DNA of 64,000 bases. Origin: Verrucomicrobiales bacterium. Its GTDB lineage: Bacteria > Verrucomicrobiota > Verrucomicrobiia > Verrucomicrobiales > DEV007. Below, one piece after another: positions 19,915 through 28,900 of the stretch; positions within the stretch are counted from its first letter, which is position 1, and each line of letters opens with the position of its first letter. The DNA lies in contig CBDCZR010000019.1 in the NCBI GenBank assembly GCA_965224535.1, forward strand, positions 271,527 to 335,526. The letters are read 5' to 3'. The position numbers and the translations under genes are program-made. The notes below the pieces were generated by a model. That model saw nothing but the letters and a program-made list of their open reading frames with translations, was not told the DNA's origin and did no database searches.

Positions 19915-21219
19915 CTAGCTTAGCAACCCGCGCAGAATCTTGCCCTCTCGAAACAGCGTCATCGGCCGCCCGGAAGGCGTCGTCAGCTCTTGGCGGGGGT
20001 CGATTCCCAAGTCGTGGAAGATGGTGGCGCAAACATCGGCGGGCGTGCAGGGATCGTCGTCCGGCGCCATGCCGTCCTTGGTCGTGGAGCCGTAGGCAAA
20101 ACCGCGCTTGAAGCCGCCGCCGGCCATCAGCACGGCCATCGATTTGGCCCAGTGATCGCGGCCACCCTTGCCGTTGACCTTGGGTGTGCGGGCGAATTCA
20201 CCGGCGCAGTAAACGATCGTTTCGTCCAGCAACCCGCGATCCTCCAGATCGTCGATCAACACGGACAAGGTACGGTCCAACTCGGGAAGCCGCGATTCCT
20301 TCAGCTTCTTGAAGTTCTCGCCATGGGTATCCCAACCGCCCGTGCCGACGCTGACAAAACGCACCCCGGCCTCGATCAGGCGTCGCGCGGCTAATGCGCC
20401 TTGGCCGAAACTATCCTTGCCGTAGCGCTCCCGCAGCGCCTCGGGTTCTTTATTTAAGTCGAAGGCTTGGCGCGTTTTTGGGGATCGCAGCATATCAAAA
20501 GCCTGCTGCTGGAAGCGATCCAGGCTATCGACGATGGCGCCGGATTTTTCGAGCGCATTGAAGCGCGAATCGAACGTATCCAGCAACTCTGCGCGATTGG
20601 CTAATTGATCCAGGCTGAAGCCGGACGGCAAGGTCAGGCCGCGGACGCGCAAATCACCGCGCCGGCCGTCGCCTTCCACCTGAAACGGGTTATACGCCGG
20701 GCCTAAATATCCACCCATAGCCGCTCGGTCGCGTCCCCGGCCAAAGGTTACATACGGCGGCACGCCGGTTGGCGTAGATAGTAGCCGGGCCGTTAAGGAG
20801 CCCATGGATGGATAGTCCAGAGCGGGCGTAGGTTTGTGCCCCGTATGCATATAAACCGTGCCCGGCCCGTGGGAAGGAATGGTGTGACGCAGGGAGCGAA
20901 GGATCGCACAGTGCTTCATGACCTTGCTCAACTTGGGAAGGTGCTCGGAAATCCGGATTCCGTCCGCGCTGGTGGCGATTGGCTTGAATTCGCCGCGGAT
21001 TTTGGCGTCGGCCTCCGGTTTGAGGTCCCACATGTCGATCGTAGCCGGACCGCCTGCCAGCCAGATCATGATGACGTTCTTGGCGTTGGTGGATCCGGCC
21101 GAAGCGGCTTCGAGCCGAAGGATATCGCTCAGGCTCAGCCCCATAAGGCCGGCGGCGCCGATTTTCAAGAAATCGCGTCGCGCGTTTCCTTGGCAGTCTG
21201 TCCAGGTTTTGCGCTTCAT
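19915..21219 (-). CDS. DUF1501 domain protein (Tat signal)
   Basis: RRDFLKIGAAGLMGLSL leader; DMWDLKP, GTGGWDTHGENF, DHWA motifs; immediately downstream (15 bp) of the PSD gene. Confidence 0.85.
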   Translation of the reverse strand: MKRKTWTDCQGNARRDFLKIGAAGLMGLSLSDILRLEAASAGSTNAKNVIMIWLAGGPATIDMWDLKPEADAKIRGEFKPIATSADGIRISEHLPKLSKVMKHCAILRSLRHTIPSHGPGTVYMHTGHKPTPALDYPSMGSLTARLLSTPTGVPPYVTFGRGRDRAAMGGYLGPAYNPFQVEGDGRRGDLRVRGLTLPSGFSLDQLANRAELLDTFDSRFNALEKSGAIVDSLDRFQQQAFDMLRSPKTRQAFDLNKEPEALRERYGKDSFGQGALAARRLIEAGVRFVSVGTGGWDTHGENFKKLKESRLPELDRTLSVLIDDLEDRGLLDETIVYCAGEFARTPKVNGKGGRDHWAKSMAVLMAGGGFKRGFAYGSTTKDGMAPDDDPCTPADVCATIFHDLGIDPRQELTTPSGRPMTLFREGKILRGLLS

Positions 21220-21233
21220 TTGGCGTTGTAGAT

Positions 21234-24200
21234 TTAGTGATTGAGGATGAATTCGCGGGTGTTGATCAATGCCCAGAGCACGTCCACAAATCCGGCATCG
21301 CTGCCGTTTTGCTTCGTGATATTGGCGACGGCGGCCTGGCGCTCGTCAGGGCTGGGGAAACGTGTCAGGGTGGCCAGGAACAGTTCGTCGATGATTTTGC
21401 CTATTTCTCCTTCGCTCAGCTTTTTTTGCTTGAGCTTCTCCAGCCTCTTATCCTTGGCCAACTGCTCCTTGAGGCGTCCGTTGCGGATTTTATCATAAAT
21501 CCGCGAATCGGTCATGAGATAGAGAATTTGCGGTAAAGCCGGGTCGTCGCTGCGTTCGCAATCGCAAATGGCCGTGCGTGGCGGCCGGCCAAAAGCGTTA
21601 AAGACGTAAGCCAGGTTGCCATCCTGAATCTGGCTCCCGGCAACCTCGATGGCGCTGCTGCCTTTGGGCGCGTCGCGGGTAAAGTTGTCGCTGGTCCCCA
21701 GCGCGGAGTTAAGCGCATCAACAACGACCTCGGCCATCATTTTTCGGGGATATTTCCGCGCAAAGTTGATCTTATCTCCGGCATTGGTCTCATTCGGCAT
21801 GGAAGAGCGCTGATACGTCCGGGAACGTAGGATTTGCCGTTCCAGGTGTCGCATATCGTAGTCATGCTGGACGAAGTCATCCGCCAAGGCGGCGATCAGT
21901 GCTTCATTGGAAGGCGGGTTGGCCGCGGAAAAGTTATCGACCGGCTCTACGATGCCCACGCCCATATAATACGCCCAAACGCGGTTCACAAAGGCGCGCG
22001 CGAAGAAGGGATTGTCCTCACCGGTCATCCATTCCAGGAAAGCCGCGCGATAGTCTCCCTTCTCTTCCAGCGGCTCCGCGCCCAAGGGCGTGGGTGGAAG
22101 CGGCTGGTTGGTGGTGGGGTGTTTCATGAGGTTGGGCCGGTCTACGTCTACAAACACCTCGCGAAGCGTGGGGAGCTTTTTCTTGTTATCCTTGATCTTT
22201 TTGCGCCGGTTGTTTTCCGCGTCGATTTGTTTCCGCGCTTCCTTTGAGCGGTCGTTCTTCACCTGGCTGAAGATATTGGCATAAGCGCGGTAATCCGCCT
22301 GCGTCCAACGGTCGTAGGGATGCTTGTGACATTGCGCGCATTGCAGTTGCACGCCCAAAAATGCAGCCGCGGTTTGTTCGGCGAATTGTTCCCGGGAAGT
22401 ATTTTTGCGGGCCCAAAAAAGATCGAGTGTCTCGCGTTTGGCGTAGGCATTCGCGAAACCGGCTAACGCGCCTTCATCTTGCTTGCGAGCGAGTTGAATC
22501 CATTGCGCGGGGGCCTTGTCTTCGCGGCTGGTCGCCAAAATAACGCCGCGCACCATCTCATCGTAGGGCACGTTCTTCGCAATTCGCTGGCGAAACCAGT
22601 CGTGCCACATTTTGCTGCGTTTTTCACCGGGACGCTCCAGGTTGTTGGAATTATTCCCGGTAAAATCGCTAAATTTCGTGGCCCACAAGGCGGCGTGAAG
22701 CGGATGGCGCAGCATTTCGTCGATCGTCCTGGTTCGCTTCTTGGGGTCCTTATCCGCGAAAAACGCGCGCGCTTCTTCCGGGCTGGGCAGTCTTCCGATG
22801 GTGTCAATATAGAGCCGGCGGAGAAATTCGCCGTCAGTCGCAATTTCGGATGGCTCGACGTTCAATGCGTCCAGCTTCGCCAACACGGCGCGGTCGATAT
22901 ATTGAGCGTCGGGCAACTTGATGCTCGGATTCCAGAACCTTTTTTTAGCTTCCTCCAGGTAGCCGATCGATGTGGCCACCAACGCGCGCGAGGCGACGAC
23001 CTCGTCGCGATAAGATACAACAATCGCGGTGTCACCGGGATTTTTGGAACGCACTTTCCCCTCCGGCGTTACTTCTGCCACAAAGTCGTCTTCAATTTCG
23101 AACTTGCAAAACGGGGTGACGTCTTCAGTCGTTCCATCGGCAAAGGTGGCTTCCACTTTTAAACGGACGCTGTGCCCAGGGCGGCTAAAGCAATGCTGGG
23201 CCGGCGAGATTTCGATCTTGGCGACTCGCCCGTTGCCGCTACTATATTGGGCGCCGCCTTCAATCCAGTTTCGGATCACTTTATACTGCCAGGAACGGCG
23301 CGAAAAATGTTCGCCGCCCTTATGTTTGGCCTGGAGGGTTGGTTTGCGAAGCAGGGCGCTTTTTTCCGGCGAACCGGGGTCAGCAAACGGGCCGAAACTA
23401 TCATCGATGATCGCATAGTAGTCCGGCTCCGGCGAGTGTCCGAAGAGGCTTAGCGCCATATCGCTTTCGCCTTGCAACGAGCCGTGGCAGGAGCCGGTGT
23501 TGCAGCCTTGGCGGGTGAGGATGCCCATGACGTGGCGCTCGAAATCGACATCCGTCAGGGTGCGCCCGCCGGGAAGTTTCACGGCCGGCAGATTGACGCT
23601 CGGTTTCGCCTGCGTTTTGGCGACTAGGGAAGGAATGACGCCAGGATTCGGCCCCGCCTCCAGGTTTTGGCGAATTTCCGCTTCACTCAGAGCGCGGCTG
23701 TAAATGGCCACCAGGTGAAAATCGCCCAGCCACGTGCGGTCGTTGGTTAGCTCGTTGGCCAGGGCGAAACGGTAGCTTTGCTCCCAGTTGGCCGGGCTGC
23801 CGCCGATTTTTCGCCGGGCGGCTTGCTTACCATCCAGGTAAATCGTGGCGTTGCTGGCGCGATCCAGCGCATAAACCACGTGAGTCAGCACCGGCTTCAG
23901 CTGGCCGGAAGAAGTCTCCAGCGAGCGCATGCCGTTGCGATCCGTCGCTGTGGTGCGAAAGCGAACGTCGTAGCTGGCGCCCTCTTGCCCCAGGGTAAAA
24001 TTTCGCTGGCCGGAATCCTCCGACAAAGTCACGATCCGCGCTGGACCACGTTGCGAGTCCTGCGCCGGTGAAATCCAGGCTTCGAGGGTAAATTCGCCGC
24101 TCCGGCGGACGGCTTCGATCAATTTCGACGGCGGCTTGGCGGAAACCAGGATGGTGGGAGCTTTCACCCGCAAAACCCCGTTTTTCCGCTCGACCGCCGC

Positions 24201-24524
24201 GATGTTGCCGATCGTCAAATCCAGCGGTTCGCCAATTCCGGAGCGGTCGCGGACTTTCGGCCCCGTCGTCTCGTTGAAATCGTAGAAAACCTGGAGCCCG
24301 CGGGTGACGCGCGGCGATTCCACGGTTTTGGGAGGTTTGTCAGGCACATCCGGCTTAGCCGAGATGGAAACCCACATTGCCTGGACGCTGCCTGCCGCGA
24401 GTTTGGAAATTCGCGCGGCAAATCCGGCTTCTTCCAGCGGTTCCGGCCGTCCAATCCACCCCGCCAGAAAAATCGCAAGAATCAGCGAGATAACGATGTG
24501 GTGGCGGAGTTTCATGATTTTCAC
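21234..24524 (-). CDS. DUF1549/DUF1553 (PSCyt2/PSD1) protein with an N-terminal LamG-like domain
   Basis: 1096 aa. CAQCHKHPYDRWTQADY (DUF1549) and NRVWAYYMG...NPPSNEALI (DUF1553). The N-terminal ~300 aa contains a LamG-like segment (NATIYLDGKQAARRKIGGSPANWEQSYRFALANELTNDRTWLGDFHLVAIYSRAL). Confidence 0.85.
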   Translation of the reverse strand: MKIMKLRHHIVISLILAIFLAGWIGRPEPLEEAGFAARISKLAAGSVQAMWVSISAKPDVPDKPPKTVESPRVTRGLQVFYDFNETTGPKVRDRSGIGEPLDLTIGNIAAVERKNGVLRVKAPTILVSAKPPSKLIEAVRRSGEFTLEAWISPAQDSQRGPARIVTLSEDSGQRNFTLGQEGASYDVRFRTTATDRNGMRSLETSSGQLKPVLTHVVYALDRASNATIYLDGKQAARRKIGGSPANWEQSYRFALANELTNDRTWLGDFHLVAIYSRALSEAEIRQNLEAGPNPGVIPSLVAKTQAKPSVNLPAVKLPGGRTLTDVDFERHVMGILTRQGCNTGSCHGSLQGESDMALSLFGHSPEPDYYAIIDDSFGPFADPGSPEKSALLRKPTLQAKHKGGEHFSRRSWQYKVIRNWIEGGAQYSSGNGRVAKIEISPAQHCFSRPGHSVRLKVEATFADGTTEDVTPFCKFEIEDDFVAEVTPEGKVRSKNPGDTAIVVSYRDEVVASRALVATSIGYLEEAKKRFWNPSIKLPDAQYIDRAVLAKLDALNVEPSEIATDGEFLRRLYIDTIGRLPSPEEARAFFADKDPKKRTRTIDEMLRHPLHAALWATKFSDFTGNNSNNLERPGEKRSKMWHDWFRQRIAKNVPYDEMVRGVILATSREDKAPAQWIQLARKQDEGALAGFANAYAKRETLDLFWARKNTSREQFAEQTAAAFLGVQLQCAQCHKHPYDRWTQADYRAYANIFSQVKNDRSKEARKQIDAENNRRKKIKDNKKKLPTLREVFVDVDRPNLMKHPTTNQPLPPTPLGAEPLEEKGDYRAAFLEWMTGEDNPFFARAFVNRVWAYYMGVGIVEPVDNFSAANPPSNEALIAALADDFVQHDYDMRHLERQILRSRTYQRSSMPNETNAGDKINFARKYPRKMMAEVVVDALNSALGTSDNFTRDAPKGSSAIEVAGSQIQDGNLAYVFNAFGRPPRTAICDCERSDDPALPQILYLMTDSRIYDKIRNGRLKEQLAKDKRLEKLKQKKLSEGEIGKIIDELFLATLTRFPSPDERQAAVANITKQNGSDAGFVDVLWALINTREFILNH

Positions 24525-24669
24525 CGCCCTCTATGCCAATGCGGTGAAAATGTCACAAACTTGGTGCTGGCAAGGCCGAATCCAGCTACTTGCTCTGCTT
24601 TTGCCAAAAAAGGCGCAGCCCAAGCCAAGCAAGAGGAAGCACCCATTTGAAACAGTGTTAGGCTGCCGG

Positions 24670-25107
24670 ATGAGAAAGATTTACTGGCTGCTACCCATTC
24701 TACTACACACCGTCTCCGCCAACGCCCAAGACTCTCCGGCTTCTGCTCCCTCATCCTTCATTCCGCAGGGCAACATCGCCCGTGGGGAGACGGTGTTTCT
24801 GGAGCAAAGGTGCTACCGTTGCCACACCCTGGAAGGCAGGGAGTTGCCGGACTTCGACCTGCCCGCCAAGCTGAAGATTCACCTGGGGGGTTCCACGCAC
24901 CTTTTGTGGAATCGCGATGAATTCGGCCGGGCGATTTTGAATCCCAAGCACATTGTGGCGCCGCAATATCAGGCTGTGATGATCCAGGCTGGCGACAAGG
25001 CTGGAGCCCAAGAATCGCCGATGCCCAACTTCAACACGCTGCTGAGCGTGGCGGATTTGATCGACCTGGCCACATTCCTGGATGAGTTGGGTGGCCGGCG
25101 CCGATAA
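24670..25107 (+). CDS. monohaem c-type cytochrome (periplasmic, signal peptide)
   Basis: CYRCH haem-binding site; signal MRKIYWLLPILLHTVSANA; ATG at 24670. Confidence 0.6.
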   Translation: MRKIYWLLPILLHTVSANAQDSPASAPSSFIPQGNIARGETVFLEQRCYRCHTLEGRELPDFDLPAKLKIHLGGSTHLLWNRDEFGRAILNPKHIVAPQYQAVMIQAGDKAGAQESPMPNFNTLLSVADLIDLATFLDELGGRRR

Positions 25108-25173
25108 CGCCGGCGAATCTCAATGGCCCCAGCAGACTCGGCTTGCTCGTGAAAAAGGTAGGTTGGTCTAGGG

Positions 25174-25863
25174 TTAGGGAAGCTTCGGCAGATCGCCTTC
25201 CACGGCGTCCACCTGCTGCCGGGTTGGCATCGGAGCATCGGCGTATTTTTCCCGCGCCCAGGCAATTTGTTCCGGCGTGATAGGGCCGCTCTTGTTGCCG
25301 AAATTCGACCGAATGTAGGTCAATACCGCTGCGATCTGTTCGTCGCTCAAAGTGGCGCTCCAACCGACCATGGCGCCAACGTGCCGCGTCATGTCCGGCA
25401 TCGCTCCTTTCAGCGCCAGATAGGCCAGCTTCTCCGTCGGACCGTTCACGAATTCCGATCCTGCAAGGACGGGCGCCATGGGCGGATTCATCTTCATGGG
25501 CGGCCCTTTTCCATCCTCCCCGTGGCAGGCAACGCAGTTGGCGAAGGTGGCTTTGCCCAGGGCGGCGAAATCTACGGACCCCGCTGGTGCTCTGTCTCCG
25601 GAAGCAGGGGTCTCGGGCGTGGAAGGCGCGTTTGGCGGGGTTCCCGCACCTGCCGGGGGAGTTTGTGGCGCAGATGGGGCAGTGGCAACCGCGGAACCGG
25701 ATTCCGAAGGCGCTTCGGTGAGCCTAGCGGTCTCAAACATCGCGCCGAGCAGTTTGAACCCAAAGATGCCCAGCAGGACGGTCAAAATAACCGCGGTGAC
25801 GCCGCTGCTTAAGGTGCCGAGGGTTCCGGCAAAGGATTTGGATGATGGTGAGTTTTGGGCCAT
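25174..25863 (-). CDS. membrane-anchored monohaem c-type cytochrome with a Pro/Ala-rich linker
   Basis: N-terminal TM helix; CVACH haem site; C-terminal GAMPDM...LSDEQIAAVLTYI typical of class I cytochromes c. Confidence 0.7.
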   Translation of the reverse strand: MAQNSPSSKSFAGTLGTLSSGVTAVILTVLLGIFGFKLLGAMFETARLTEAPSESGSAVATAPSAPQTPPAGAGTPPNAPSTPETPASGDRAPAGSVDFAALGKATFANCVACHGEDGKGPPMKMNPPMAPVLAGSEFVNGPTEKLAYLALKGAMPDMTRHVGAMVGWSATLSDEQIAAVLTYIRSNFGNKSGPITPEQIAWAREKYADAPMPTRQQVDAVEGDLPKLP

Positions 25864-25952
25864 GGTCGTTCGCTCGATAAGGTGTTACGCGCCTGGCAAC
25901 GGCGCGGGCGCAACCCTGTCATTCCCGCCGGTTTTTGCAATCGAATTTCTCC

Positions 25953-28900
25953 CTATCCTTTGCCTTGTTGGATCTGTGTTTCCACAACGGGATCATCGCC
26001 GTTTGAAGGGACGATTTTGACCTCTACATCGACGGGAACCGAGCGAATTCCCCGAATGATCGCCTCCAACTGCTGCAACGTGGATTCGGCCAATTTTGGC
26101 TGCGAGGCGCCCTCCAGCGCCTCTCGAATGCGCTCCAAACCTTCGCCAAACACCGCCAATTGCCCCACCACACGGCTCACCGGGTCGTTTTCGCCGCCGC
26201 CGCCCATCAAGAGGTTTCGCTGGAATTTGGCCTTGATGTCCTCCCAGCGTTTGGCCTCCTGCGGGGTGAGAATTCCCTCCATTTCGCGAAATTTCAGCAG
26301 ATTGGCTTCCGCGCCGGTGGTTAGGTTTTGCGCTTCGTTTTCGTAGTGATCCATGATGAGCGCTTCCACCTCTTTTTCCGTCATTAGTGCTAAAACGCGC
26401 TCGGCGATCCGGTTCATGTTGCGATAAGATCCCTGGAGCCTGAATGCCGGCTCCGTCCGATATTCGTCCTGCTGCGCGGCGCTGGCGATATATTGCTGGT
26501 TGACTCGCAAAATCGTGTCGCGAACGCGAAAAAGCTTGCGGGTGACGTCGACCAATTCGTCGATCTCCTCAACGGCGTAGTTGCCTTGAAAATCGATCCC
26601 TTCCTGCGTGCCGGTTTCCGCGATTTTCATCACGGCGTAGACATCTTGCTGGCTGCGCGCGGCCAGCTTGGATAAAACGGCGTTGTATGTTAGCGCGTTT
26701 TCAATATAGGAGGCCTTGAAGGCGGATCCGTGCCCGCCAATGATGTCACCCAGGTTGTAGGTATCCGCCCGGTTGGCAAGCATGTCGGGAATTTGGAATT
26801 TTCCGCCGCTTTCCGTGTAGGGGTTGCCCGCCATGACCACGGCCACTTTTTTGCCGCGCAAATCATAGGTTTTCGCCTCGCCCTTCCACACGCCTTCCAT
26901 TTTGCGCTGGGCGTCGCACAAGCTGATGAATTTTTGCAAAAACTCCGGATGACAGTGTTGGATGTCGTCCAGATAGATCATGATATTGTCGCCCATTTCC
27001 AGCGCCAGGTTTAGTTTGTCCACTTCTTCCCGCGCACTGGCGTTCGGCGCTTCGTTAGGATCTAACGAAGTTACGTTGTGCCCGATTGCCGGTCCGTTGA
27101 CCTTGATGAAAGTGATCCCAAGGCGATTGGCGATATATTCCATCAACGTTGTTTTTCCGTAGCCCGGTGGAGATATCAACAAAAGCAGCCCCATGCGGTC
27201 GGTGCGCGAGTCTTCCCCGGCGGTACCCAGTTGCTTGGCCAGATTTGCGCCGGCAAGCGGCAGATACACCTGGTCGATCAAGCGATTTCGCACAAAGGCG
27301 GACATCACCCGCGGCTTGAATTCTTGCAACCGCATTGTTTCGCGCGTTTTTTCGACCAACTGCGTTTTCAGCCTTGAGTAGGATCGGAATTTGGGCACGA
27401 TTTCGCGATCGAACCGGCGCAGTTTGTCGATAAACCGATTGAAGTGAAACGCATAGGTTCCCCCATTGCCAATCGCCGGGTGCGATCCGGAAAATCCGCT
27501 CAGCTTTGCGGCGAGATTCGTCTTGACGACGTCTTTCTTGCGGAAACCGCCTCGCAAGAGATGAACCGCCGCTTCTTCGGCAAAATCGGCCTCAATTTCG
27601 GGTTCATGACCGGTTGCCAAAAATCCGCGCACCCAGTCAAGGATAACGGCATAGCGCGCTCTCGGGTTAGCCTTCAGCGGCGCCTGAGCCTCCTGAAACG
27701 TCTTCTCCGCCTGCTTGCCTGCGATGGCGGTTTTAAAGTGTGTAACCAGGTCGCTCGCCTCCCGCGAGACGGTGAATTCCTTGGGCGTGCTGAGTTCGTG
27801 AAACAAGTATTCCGCCGCCTCTTCCACAAGCAATGAATCGCCCGAAAGGCCGCTGTCTCGAATGCCGCGCACCAGATCGCCAACATGATCGGCAGGCGCC
27901 GTTCCATTGGCGCCGAACGTGTTTTGCATGTCGCCAAATGCGAGCAATTTTGCCTCCGAAAGCGCCTTGGCGTCGCCATCGCTCCAACACTCCCAAAATA
28001 GCAGGCCCAATGCCCGCGCTTTGGAGTTGTAGCGCAACAAACCGACTTTTTCGCGCAAGGTAAGCAGCTTTTTGATGAGTTTCAGCGCGTCGCGGTCGTG
28101 CACGCCCTTGGTGTATCCTTCATCGTACCTGGTGGCCGCGAACCGTTGTACGTCTTCCAATGTGGCTGCTCCAGCGGGATGGGTTTGGATGTATTGATAA
28201 GCCAGGTATTCGGCCCGATAGACCTCGCCATTTTCGGATAATACCGATTGATCCCAAATGTCCGAGGTTTCCAGGAATTCCTCTTCCTCAATCGCCTCAA
28301 AAAAGCCCGTTCCCGTGAGATGAAGACACATTTGCTCGTCATGCGGAACCACTGTTAGCTCCAACTCCTGGTTGTTCACGGAAAACTTGTGCTCGCCAAA
28401 CTGGATGACGTTTTTGCCGTCCACGTACAACTCCTTGCGATCTTTTAGCTGCCTGACGCTTTCTTCTCGTAGCGAGTTTAGCTGTGTTTGCAGGTCGCCG
28501 GCTTTCACGGTGTCTCCCAACACTTTTAGGTCTGCGATCACGTTGCGGATCTTCTCCACCATCAAATCGCCGGCCAAATATCCGTTGATTTCATTGATCG
28601 ACTCAAATTGTTCGACCCGATGGCGAATACCGGTCAAAATTCGTTCGCCGGACTTCATCAACGTCCCCGCGCGCCGATTTCGCGCCTCTGTCAGGCTCAA
28701 TTTGCGCGATTCGAAGGCATTGTAGATCTCATCCCGCTTTTCTCCGATCTGCTCGACGTATTCGTCAAATTCGCTAATCTCGCCTTCCAACTCTTCGAGT
28801 TGGATCATCGCTTTCGTCAAAAATTCTTCGCATTTTTCAGGCGTAGAACAAAGATCGAGATAATTGACGACAGCCTGGTTCAGCAGCTTCAGTTTCGCTC

